This document shows, in pieces, positions 54,014-64,000 of a DNA stretch of 64,000 bases. The stretch is taken from the NCBI RefSeq assembly GCF_006345805.1, contig NC_043007.1:29264001-29328000 (forward strand), written 5' to 3'. The first letter of the stretch is position 1, and each line of letters starts with the position of its first letter. The translations under genes and the position numbers were made by a program. A model generated the notes under the pieces. It was not told the origin of the DNA and ran no database searches. It saw nothing but the letters and a program-made list of their open reading frames with translations. Origin of the DNA: Octopus sinensis (lineage: Eukaryota).

Positions 54014-55073
54014 GTTGGCGTTAGGAAGGGCATCCAGCCGTAGAAACTCTGCCAGATCAGACTGGAACCTGGAGCAGCCCCTGGCTTCCCAGACCCCGGT
54101 CAAACCGTCCAACCCGTGCTAGTGCGGAAAACGGATGTTAAACGATGATGATGATGATCATCATCATCGTTTAACGTCCGCTTTCCATGCTGGCATGGGT
54201 TGGACGGTTTGACTGAGGTCTGGCGAACCAGACTCCAATCTGATCTGGCAGTGTTTCTACAGCTGGATGCCCTTCCTAACCTCAACCACTCCGAGAGTGT
54301 AGCGGGTGCTTTTACGTGCCATCAGCACGAGGGTCAGTTAGGTGGTACTGGCAATGGCCATGCTCAAATGGTGCTTTTTATGTGCCACCTGCACAGGAGC
54401 CAGTCCAGTGGCACTGGCAACGATCTTGCTCGAATGTTTTTCACGTGCCACCAGCACAAGTGCCAGTAAGGCGACGCAGGTAACGATCACACTCAAATGG
54501 TGTTTTTTACGTGCCATCAACATGAAGGCCAGCTTGTTGTTCTGGCAATGATCTCACTTGTATGGTATTCTTAGTGCTCCAGTAGCAATGGATGCCAGTC
54601 ACCAAGCTTGTTTTCGATTTCACTTGCCTCAACAGGTCTTTGCAATATATATATATGTGTGTGTGTGTGTTTGTATATCTGTATGTCTGCATCTATTGTA
54701 TTCCAGGTACAACTCTGATTCATGAGAGTACATTACTTGATCTTCCAAATGGAGTTGTGTCATTTTACATGGATACTCATGAACCTAGAACCCCTGGTGA
54801 GTAAAACCTTTCTGAAATTATTTGCCAAAGTATGTCCGATTATTTCTACCAGGAGAGTCTTCTCCCAGCCATACCCTATCTCATTCTGCCTATGTTAGAC
54901 ATTTTAAAGGATGCCATTCTGTAGTCTTCTCCTAGCCTGCCCTTATTTGGGTGAGGAGTTATGACCTTGGTATTCAGTGGGATCCAGGATCTGTATGTGT
55001 GTGTGGGTTTTCCATGATTGGTCCCAGTTGCAAACTCACCTATATCATCCAGATGTTCACATATTTTCTATGC

Positions 55074-55110
<37 letters not shown>

Positions 55111-56077
55111 CATCATTATTCAGGCAGCTAGCTGGCAGAATCGATTGCATGCTGGACGAAATGCTTGGCGGTATTTCATCGGTCACTATGTTTTGAGTTT
55201 AATTTCCGCTGAGGCTGACTTTGCCTTTCATCCTTTTGGGGTTGATAAATTAAAAACCAGTTGTGTACTGGGGTTGATGTAATCGGCTAGTCCCCTTCCC
55301 CCAAATTCCTGGCCTTGAGCCTAAATTTGAAGCCATTTTTATTATTATTATTATTGAAAACTGTTAAATCAGGATTCCTTTAACCGAGGATTTACTCTGA
55401 CTCGTTTCTCTTGCCAGCCATTGCTGTGTGTTCAGGGCCTTTCATATATGTCTTCAAGAATCTAAGACCCTACTACAAGTTTTCAATGCCAACCATCGAC
55501 ATTGACCCTTCTGAGCAAGATTTATGGACCCAAGTAAAACAGGTGAGTCATTCCTCTCTCAATTTAACTCCATTTCATTCAAACTTCCTTCAAGTCTGTA
55601 AGAATTTCTAAGAGAAATTATCAGTGCAAGGGTAGAAATAGTGATAGGGGTGAGAAGGTGGTAGAAAGAGAGAGGGTCCCTATAACAGGGTCCCAGGTGG
55701 AGAGGGAGTAATGACTGGAAGTATAGAAAGAGTGATGGTGGGAGAGAAACAAGTAGGGTCAACCTTAAAACCACAGGCAGCATAATAGAATAAGTAGATG
55801 GGAGGCAGAGAGGGATGAGCAAATATCAAAAAGGTAGGGAAGGCAGAAGATATTGACTCGAGAAAGAAGTAATGGGTAAGAAATCAAAATGTGTTTGCCT
55901 CTATATACATATATCATTGTCATCATTATCATTTTACATCCACTTTCCATGCTGGCATGGGTTGGAGGGGTCATTTGATTCTACGTAGCAGCTCCCTGGC
56001 CACTTTTGTCTGTCTTCTACAAGTATTTACCTGATCTTGTAAGCTATTCTATGTTTGAGATTTACTTATTTTCTGTA

Positions 56078-56140
<63 letters not shown>

Positions 56141-56434
56141 AGGAAATATAGGAGTTGAAAATGCACTGAGAATGGTTAAAATATTTTTTGTTATTATATT
56201 TGAAGTTTTAACCGGTTTCACAGTTTCCACTGATTTTCAAAAAGTTCAAATAAAAAGACGTGGCTTATGTCGCAGCTGTCTTGCTTCTGCCTAATGTTTG
56301 AAGTTTGCCCTATTTTTGTAGGGAGTTCATGGCTCAAATTAGTATGTTTTGAATAGGATTTGATTGGTAGAGGATAGTCACATGACTGGTCTTAGATATT
56401 TTCTAAGATCAGTCACGTGACTATCCTCTACCAT

Positions 56435-56465
<31 letters not shown>

Positions 56466-58202
56466 GATGAAATCCTTGTCATCTGCATAAATAAAGAAGG
56501 ACTTTTAAGAGAAGAAAGACAATTGATTTTGGTTTGAATGTCTGCCTTTGCCTGTTGTTTCCTGTTTCTCTGCTAATTTCATGATTTTTGTTTCTCTTCC
56601 TCTCAGGATAAAATCAGTCCTTTTCAGATGTGGGAACGGTTGGAAAGTTTGAAGTAAGTTTACAGATTCAAATATGTGTGTATATATGAGATGGTATATC
56701 GTTGTCATCATCATCATCATCATCATCATCGACATCATCGTCATCATCATCATCATTTAACATCCGTTTTCCATGCTGGCATGGGTTGGACGGTTTGACT
56801 GAAAACTGGTAAGCTGGCGAGTTGCACCATGGTTCCAATCTGATTTGGCCAGGTTTCTATGGCTGGTTGTCCTTCCTTACGCCAACCACTACACCAAAAA
56901 TGTAGTGGGTGTTTTTTATGCCCCACCAGCACGGGTGTCATTGACCTGACCTGACACCGGCATCAGCCATGGCAACGGTCTCCCTTGGCTTCACAGGTCA
57001 ACACAAACATGGAATATCATGAAAGATGTTGGTTATCTGTCACTGCCTCCATAAGGCCCAACACTTGAACGGTTCTTTTTACAGGCCACTGGCACGGAAG
57101 CCAGTCAGCTGGCACTGGCATCGGCTACGGCTATGATTTCAATTGGCTCAACAGGTCTTCACAAGCACAGCATATCACCCAACCTTTGAAGGGTGCTTTT
57201 TATGGGCCAATTATACTACACTGGCATCAACCATGACAGCAATTTCCCTTGGCTTGAAGGGTCTTCTCAAGCACAGCATATCTCCAAAGGTCTCAGTCAC
57301 CAATCATTGCCTCTGTGAGGCCCAACATTTGAAGATCACGCTTCACATCATCCATTCATGAATTTATTTGTTTATTTGTTTATTGATTTTTTTAAATACA
57401 TATTTTACCTGTGAATTTGTGTGTGTAATCTAGGAATGCATAACAATGAGCTTCTTTGCCCTAGGTGCAGGGAAAACACTCGGAGAGAAATGGAAGAAAA
57501 TTTGAAGAAAAGAAGAAAAAAAATAACAACAACAACAACAACAATCATTGCCAAGCATCAAAGTTATGTTTTATCATTTTGTTTGTTTCAGAAACCAAGG
57601 TGTCTCTTTGACTGTGAGGTCACTCAAGTTTACACAACTTGATTATTCAAAACCTCTCATCCTAAAAGCTTACGTAGAAACCTTTCAAGATTCACCTTTG
57701 AAAAAACAGGTAAATTGTTTCTTGTTGTTTGCTTTCTCTTTCTCATCTTTCTCTCTCTCTCTCTCTATCTAGCTATATCCATCCATCCGTCCGTCCGTCC
57801 GTATATATTTTATTCTGTTACTTGTTTCAGTCATTTGATTGTGGCCATGCGGGAGCACTGCTTTTAGTCGAACAAATCGACCCCAGGTGGTATTCTTTGT
57901 AGATCTAGCACTTATTCTATCGGTTTCTTTTGCTGAACCACTAAGTTACCGGGGCGTAAACACACCAGCATCAGTTGTCAAGCAATGGGGAGGGGGGGGA
58001 CAAACGGAGACACACAAACATAATAGGCTTCTTTCAGTTTCCGTCTGCCAAATCTACTCACAAAGCTTTGCTTGATCTGGGCTATAGCAGAAGACACTTG
58101 CCACGCAGTGGGACTGAACCCGGAACCATGTGGTTAGGAAGCAAGTTTTTCTTACTACACAGCCACATCTGCACAAATATATTAAATATATATTATATAT
58201 GG

Positions 58203-58238
<36 letters not shown>

Positions 58239-58677
58239 ATAAAAACAGTAAGATAACAAAAGGAAGAAAGAGACCTCGATATTATGTAAATAGAGGAAAT
58301 TTATCTGTGAAATAATATGTTGCAATTATTCTGAGTTTTGGATGCCGAGGTGGAAATCCACGCAGATGGCCGGATAACTGAAGAGATAGCGGCGTGGATT
58401 GCCACCTCAGCATCCAAAACTCAGAGTTTTATCATGGCTACAGAATAATTGTCACATATTACTTTTTTTTTTTATATGGCACCACCATATTATAGATATA
58501 TATATATCATCGGACGTTAAACGATGATGATATATATATATGTTTCTATAATATGGTAGTGACATATATAAAACACCCAGTACACTCGGTAGAGTGGTTG
58601 GTGTCAAGAAGGGCATCCACAGTTCCTGTCAAACTGTCCTACCCATGCCAGTATAGAAAACAGACATTAAATGATGA

Positions 58678-58713
<36 letters not shown>

Positions 58714-59934
58714 TCATCATCATCATCATCGTTTAGCGTCCGTTTTCCATGCTAGCATGGGTTGGACAGTTCAACTGGGGTCTGTGAAGCCAGAAGGCTT
58801 CATCAGGCCCAGTCAAATCTGGCAGTGTTTCTATGGCTGGATGCCCTTCCTAACGCCAACCACTCTGAGAGTGTAGTGGGTGCTTTTTACATGCCACCCG
58901 CACAGGTGCCAGACAGAGCTGGCAAACGGCCACGAACGGATGGTGCTTTTTATGTGCCACCGGCACGAGGGCGAGGCGAGGCTGGCAACGGTCGCGAAAC
59001 GGAAGGTTCTCTTACATGCCACCAGCACTGGTAACACATCTGCAGTTTCCATTGATCGATTTCTATTCTGATCCTCACTTGCCTCAACGGGTCTTCACAA
59101 GTAGAGTTTCGACATGCCACCGGTACTGGTAACACATCTGCAATTTCCATTGATCGATTTCGATTCTGATCCTCACTTGCCTCAACAGGTCTTCACAAGT
59201 AGAGTTTTGTGTCCCAAGAAGGGAAGGTATGCATACGTAGGCTGGCTCCATCCCATGTAGAAGGCCACGGGTTATGGACTCACTTGTCCTGCCTGGTCTT
59301 CTTGCGCACAGCACACTTCCAGAGGACTTGGTCTCTAGTCATTTCCTCAGTGAGACCTAAAGTTCGAAGGTCGTGCTTCACCACCTAGGTTTTCCTGGGT
59401 CTGCCTCTTCCACAGGTTCCCTCAACCGCTAGGGTGTGGCACTTTTTCACACAACTATCTTCATCCATTCTCGCCACATGACCATACCAGCGCAAACGTC
59501 TCTCTTGCACACCACAACTGATGCTTCTTAGGTCCAGCTTTTCTCTCAAGGTACTTACACTCTGCCGAGTATGAGTACTGACATTACACATCCAGCGGAG
59601 CATACTGGCTTCATTTCTTGTGAGCTTACGCATATCCTCAGCAGTCATGGCCCATGTTTCACTGCCATGTAGCATGGCTGTTCGTACACACGCATCATAC
59701 AGTCTGCCTTTCACTCTGTGCGAGAGGCCTTTTGTCACCAGCAGAGGTAAGAGCTCTCTGAACTTTGCCCAAGCCATTCTTACTCTAGCAGTTACACTTT
59801 CAGCACACCCGCCCCCGCTGCTGACTTGGTCACCTAGGTAATGGAAACTATCAACTATTTCTAGTTTTTCTCCCTGGAAAGTGACGGAAGTTGGTCTCAG
59901 AGCATTTTCAGTGTTTATTGTTCCTGAGCATCTG

Positions 59935-59967
<33 letters not shown>

Positions 59968-62516
59968 ATATATATATAATACATACATGTATATCTCATC
60001 ATCATCAACAACAACATTTAACGTCTGTTTTCCATGCTGACATGGGTTAGATGGCTTGACAGGAAGTGGCAAGGCCAGAGGCTCCACCAGGGTACCATAG
60101 CCTGTTTTAGCTTAGTTTCTATAGCTGGATGCCCTTCCTAACACCAACCATTCCACAGAGTGTACTGGATGTTTTTGATGTGGGCACCAGCACTCACACT
60201 ATTGCCTTTTACATGGCACCTTAGCTTTACAATCCCAATTCTGTTGTGGTGGGCATGTCTGCTTGAGTATGGCAATGCACCACATATCTCAGCCCCCTGT
60301 TATCTCCTTCGTAAGGTTCAGCATTTTAAGGTATGAACTGAAGGCAAGGATTATGGCAGCATTCACCGACTTAAAGAAGGAGACCATCCAGAAGAGTTGC
60401 AGGAGATTCCGAAGTCGTCTGGAGGCCATGGTTGAAGCTAATGGCGATTTTATTGAATAAATTTACTCTTTAATATTTCGAGATATTTTTATATAATTTT
60501 GGTAAATATATCTGTTAAAATGAGATGTTAGTGTTATTTTCATTTTTGTGTAATTTAGACGACAATTTATTCACCACACCCTGTGTATACATATGTAATT
60601 ATGTGTCCACAACTTAGGTATACACGTCCACCTTTGTTCACCATTCACTACATTCACCTGTACCTTCTTGTTTTAACGATTTGCCATGTTCCTCTCACAC
60701 TCTTACCCACTCACCCCCACCCCTTTTCAGTCCTCTGTCCCTTTGTCTTATGTTTGATTTTTTTTTATTTTGCAGGTATGTGTTCATACCTTATCATCAC
60801 CATATTTATCTTTTCTCCCAGCTCTACCCCCATTCACCCTGATCTAATGCTGGGTATGATACAACAGCAAGCAACCCCTTCTTGCCCCCCCCTCCCATCA
60901 TACTTTAATCCCTCAGCATAAAGCCAATCCAGTCTCCCCCATGCTTCTGCTCAATCGAGGACCATTTTTAGTCTTGCAAGTTACATGGTGGCTTCTCTGT
61001 TGCTGGTGCCACATAAAAGGCACCCAGTGGAGCACTCTGTAAAGTGGTTGGTGTTAGGAAGAGCATCCAGCCGTAGGAGGGACCCTGACAAAACAGATAC
61101 TGGAGCACAATGCAGTGCTCGGAACCATTGAATCCTGCCTAACTATGCAGCCGATGTCAACATGGAGATGATGATGATGGTTTCATATGTCTATTTATCT
61201 ATCTATATGTAAAGATACGTTAAAAAATATTCAACAACACTCAAGAAAACCTGAATATTTTTTCAGAAGTAAATCAATTAAAAAAATGTAAAAACAACAA
61301 CAAAAAAACAAGAATGCTGAAAAAAAAACTGCTTCTCTGACAACATTTTATTGTGGAACGTAAAACAAAGAATCAATTTGCTTTCGGAGTCTTTGAATAG
61401 CTGCAGAGAACTGAAAGCAAAAAAGAAAAAGGTGCCGTAGGAAATGCACATATGCAAAGTGAATGGAATGCAACAGGTGTAAATTATCAAAAACAAAAGG
61501 AATGCTAAATAATTTCTCTTCTTTTTTTTTTTCCTAACATTAAAATTTCATATTTAAAGTAAAACTAAAATTGGAAGATCAGTAAAAGAGAATGAGAAAT
61601 GCCAGCGCCATACAGCAGCAGCAGCAACAGGAGAAGAGTTCAGGAATCTTTCTTCAACAGTTGACACAATAATATAGAAATATTAAAAATACCAAAGACT
61701 GTAAAAGAGTTAAAGAACTATGAACGGCATCGTTCTTAACCTTGTGAAGTGTTTCATAAATTTAGTTTTCATACACAACAGACAAAAAAAAAGGAGAAAA
61801 AAAGTAAAAAAAAAAAAAAACCCATTCTCCTTATCAATCCAAAAGATGGACTTTCTCTGTGGTTGGTCATTTGATGTGATAGAATTAGCAGCGAAAACTT
61901 GCACAAAACCAATCTTTACCATTTCGAATCTGTCTGTCCAAGAATAACTGAATTGGCACAAAAACAAGTTCCAACATTCTTTAGAAGTTGTCATTGCATT
62001 TTGTATCATTTGAAACTAATCATGTGCACACTCCTCCTCCTCCTCCTCCTCCTCCTCATCATCATCATCATCATCATTTAACTTCTACTCTTCCATGTTT
62101 GCCTGAGTTTGGTGGAGTTTACCAAAGTTGACTTTCTGCAGCTGGATCTCCTTCCTGCCCCCAACCTTTGCAAGCTAATATTTGCTGCCCCTTTGGTTAG
62201 ACCTGTTCTCGGGGAATATTGGAAAGGAATGACAAGACAACAAGGCACAAACACACACACACACACACTATCAGTCTGTCTGTTTGTCTTTTGTGTGTGT
62301 CTCTCTCTCTCTTTTTCCAACAAATTTCACCATGAGTTCTCTCTCTCTCTCCTCTAATTCACACTTTCTCTTTCTCACCTTCAGCCTGTTATTACCTGTA
62401 TGAATACATTAAACAAGTCCTCCAGTGATGAAGATGCTGTCAGTTGTCTTGTTATTGGGACTGAGAACAAGACTATCACTATTCTAGATCCAGCTGCTTT
62501 TACTGTACTCAAAACG
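51092..62516 (+). CDS. BBS1: Bardet-Biedl syndrome 1 protein (BBSome subunit), 5' part; six exons found, first exon not located, gene continues beyond window
   Basis: The spliced peptide [12 protein letters not shown]...[14 protein letters not shown]...[28 protein letters not shown]...[15 protein letters not shown] matches the BBS1 N-terminal beta-propeller; all phases are consistent. Confidence 0.95.
51935..52222 (+). mobile_element. Young RTE 3'UTR-only copy in BBS1 intron 2
   Basis: About 270 nt with only two differences I could find from the 40.9-kb copy; ends in AAACGATGATGATGATGA. Confidence 0.85.
52995..53080. repeat. (CAC/CGC)n microsatellite
   Basis: Source of the spurious poly-His and poly-Gly ORFs in the track. 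Confidence 0.9.
54011..54640. mobile_element. Two RTE 3'UTR copies joined tail-to-tail
   Basis: A + copy at 54011-54157 and a - copy at 54158 to about 54640 meet at (GAT)n|(CAT)n. Confidence 0.8.
54707..54796 (+). CDS. BBS1: BBS1 exon 3: [30 protein letters not shown]
   Basis: 90 nt; TTCCAG| and |GTGAGT. Confidence 0.93.
55418..55542 (+). CDS. BBS1: BBS1 exon 4: [22 protein letters not shown]...DLWTQVKQ
   Basis: 125 nt; TTGCCAG| and |GTGAGT. Confidence 0.95.
56607..56653 (+). CDS. BBS1: BBS1 exon 5: [16 protein letters not shown]
   Basis: 47 nt; strong pyrimidine tract TCTCAG| and |GTAAGT; phase 0 to phase 2. Confidence 0.88.
57592..57709 (+). CDS. BBS1: BBS1 exon 6: [17 protein letters not shown]...SPLKKQ
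   Basis: 118 nt; TTTCAG| and |GTAAAT. Confidence 0.9.
57817..58166 (-). mobile_element. tRNA-derived SINE, family B (near full length)
   Basis: Head GTGGCTGTGT..TAAG..GCTTGCTTCC..ACC.CATGGTTCCGGGTTCAGTCCCACTGCGTGGC and 3' end GACTGAAACAAGTAA. Further copies at about 10020-10190(-), 14240-14410(+), 17680-17985(+), 23030-23190(-), 28600-28850(+), 39590-39780(-), 40200-40350(-) and 46640-47020(+). Confidence 0.8.
58236..58465. repeat. Palindromic foldback element next to (AT)n; partial copy at 39790-39935
   Basis: 33-bp inner arms (CTGAGTTTTGGATGC...ATCCACGC, 2 mismatches) plus outer arms. The 58236-58320 arm is the reverse complement of about 39850-39935. Confidence 0.75.
58711..59934 (-). 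mobile_element. 5'-truncated RTE-clade LINE: C-terminal RT/thumb coding remnant, repeat-containing 3'UTR and (GAT)n tail
   Basis: Peptide [12 protein letters not shown]...[17 protein letters not shown]...AMLHGSETW...[12 protein letters not shown]...GRGRPRKT. A premature TAG lies at 59385-87 and the natural TGA at about 59280. The ORF runs contiguously into the 3'UTR and the tail at 58711-58729. Confidence 0.9.
60335..60585 (+). mobile_element. Tc1/mariner (maT/DD37D-like) transposase C-terminus plus right end
   Basis: [41 protein letters not shown], followed by a TIR-like CAATTTATTCACCACACCCTG. Confidence 0.7.
62385..62516 (+). CDS. BBS1: BBS1 exon 7: [44 protein letters not shown]
   Basis: 132 nt; CTTCAG| and |GTAAGT. 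Confidence 0.95.
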
Positions 62517-62580
62517 GTAAGTCTTCAGCATTTCTATTATTATTATCATTATCATCATCATCATTATTATTATTATTACT

Positions 62581-63360
62581 ATTCAGTAGTCTTATTTTTA
62601 TAACGTGCTTTCACTGCACTGCCGAATGCAGCTCTGTGTGCCTTGGGTATCTGCTGTGGTTTGTTGTGATGCTCTGATGGTTACTCTATTGAAAGTGTTT
62701 TATGTGGGATGTGTGTGGTGCCTAGTAGTGTTATTTTCTCTTTGTTATTTATACTTGTTTGTCCTGGTGTTTTTGTTATGCATTTGTCTGAATATTTTAT
62801 TATTATTGAGTGAGAGAGCAGTGCATACCATCAAAGTGACACTGGGGTAAAATATATGAAGCCCAGTATACTTATCACGGCTACTCGTCTGATAAGGGTA
62901 CACCAAGCACATGCATCACAACCATATGTGCGTGACATAGTAATATCAAGATAAATAGAGCATGGCCTTGAAGGTGGGGTCCAGTTCGAATTTTCTTCAG
63001 GTTGTGTAGCCCATTCCATTCAAAAGGTCCCTGAATAAGGATTGTTTAAGGATATTGAATGAAACACCTATGTTTCCAGAGGTGAATTCTTCAAACCCCA
63101 AAGAATCCCTCTCAACACATGGCTATGATGCTCCCCCACTACTTCTGCTCATGATCAGAGATGCACATATCGTCAGCCACTAAGGGACATGGTCAACTGG
63201 TTAAGGTCAAACAACTGACAAGCAAATCTGTGGTATTGAGCAGAATATTTGCTGTAGTCCATCTTTTATACCAACACAAAACAATGTACATGATAACACT
63301 TCCAATCAGTTAAGATCAGAAGCCACGAGAGCCACTGCCTGGTACTGCATTGGGGCATTT
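62581..63360 (-). mobile_element. Composite of R4/Dong family 1 3' end (62581 to about 62785) and the (TAA)n-associated element 3' region (62787-63360)
   Basis: Homologous to 49790-49990 and 49359-49560; both pieces start at (ATT)n runs. Confidence 0.7.
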
Positions 63361-63801
63361 ATCATCATCATCATCATCATCGTTGTTGTTGTTGTTGTCT
63401 AAAACAGGTATTGTTTTAGTCTGATTCTTCTTCTTATTATTATTATGAACATCATCATCATCATCAGAGTAGTGAAAGGTGGTGAGCTGGCAGAATGGTT
63501 AGGATGCCAGGCAGAATGCTATGTGGAATTTTATCTGTCTTTACATTCTGAGTTCAAATTCCATCAAGGTTAACTTTACTTCTCATCCTTTTGGGGTTGT
63601 TAAAATAAGTACCAGTTGAGCCTTGGGGATAATGAAATCAATTTAATTCCTTCCCTGCCAAAATAAGAAAGGATTATTAAGATAGTGAGCTGGCAGAACT
63701 TTTGGAATAATGAAAACCAAATCCCAAAACGAAATATATATATATATGGAATGCAGATGTTCAACGATGGTCATGATGATATATGTATATTATTTATACC
63801 A

Positions 63802-63853
<52 letters not shown>

Positions 63854-64000
63854 ATATATACTTATTTATACACACGTGTATGAGCATGCATGTATATGTT
63901 TGTGTGTGTGAACTGGTGACAATGTTTACAGTTTATGTTAACGTTATGACTGTGGTGATGGTGGTGGTGGTGTTCATGATGATGATGATAATAGTTGTAA

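Overview
Eukaryotic, repeat-rich, AT-rich genomic DNA. The microsatellite load and SINE/RTE repertoire suggest a cephalopod (Octopus-like); this is inference, not a database match. There are three recognisable protein-coding genes. (1) SCYL1 (- strand) has 20 coding exons that I reconstructed by hand with canonical GT-AG junctions and consistent phases (3111-31629; 2496 nt, 831 aa). (2) A KCTD3/SHKBP1-like BTB-WD40 gene (+, 32495-34663) has an intronless CDS and lies head-to-head with SCYL1. (3) The 5' part of BBS1 (+) has six coding exons from 51092 to 62516; its first exon was not located and the gene continues past the window. Introns and intergenic DNA contain tRNA-derived SINEs, 5'-truncated RTE LINE copies, R4/Dong-type fragments clustered in (TAA)n arrays, Tc1/mariner relics, foldback elements and long microsatellites. 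The top second-look items are an intact type I minimal hammerhead ribozyme in sense orientation in SCYL1 intron 17 with a decayed second copy about 300 bp away, three HxRxxS (LATS/NDR-type) motifs in the KCTD3 linker, and inverted young RTE copies around BBS1 exons. No rRNA, tRNA gene or CRISPR array is supported. Most short ORFs in the supplied track are repeat artefacts.
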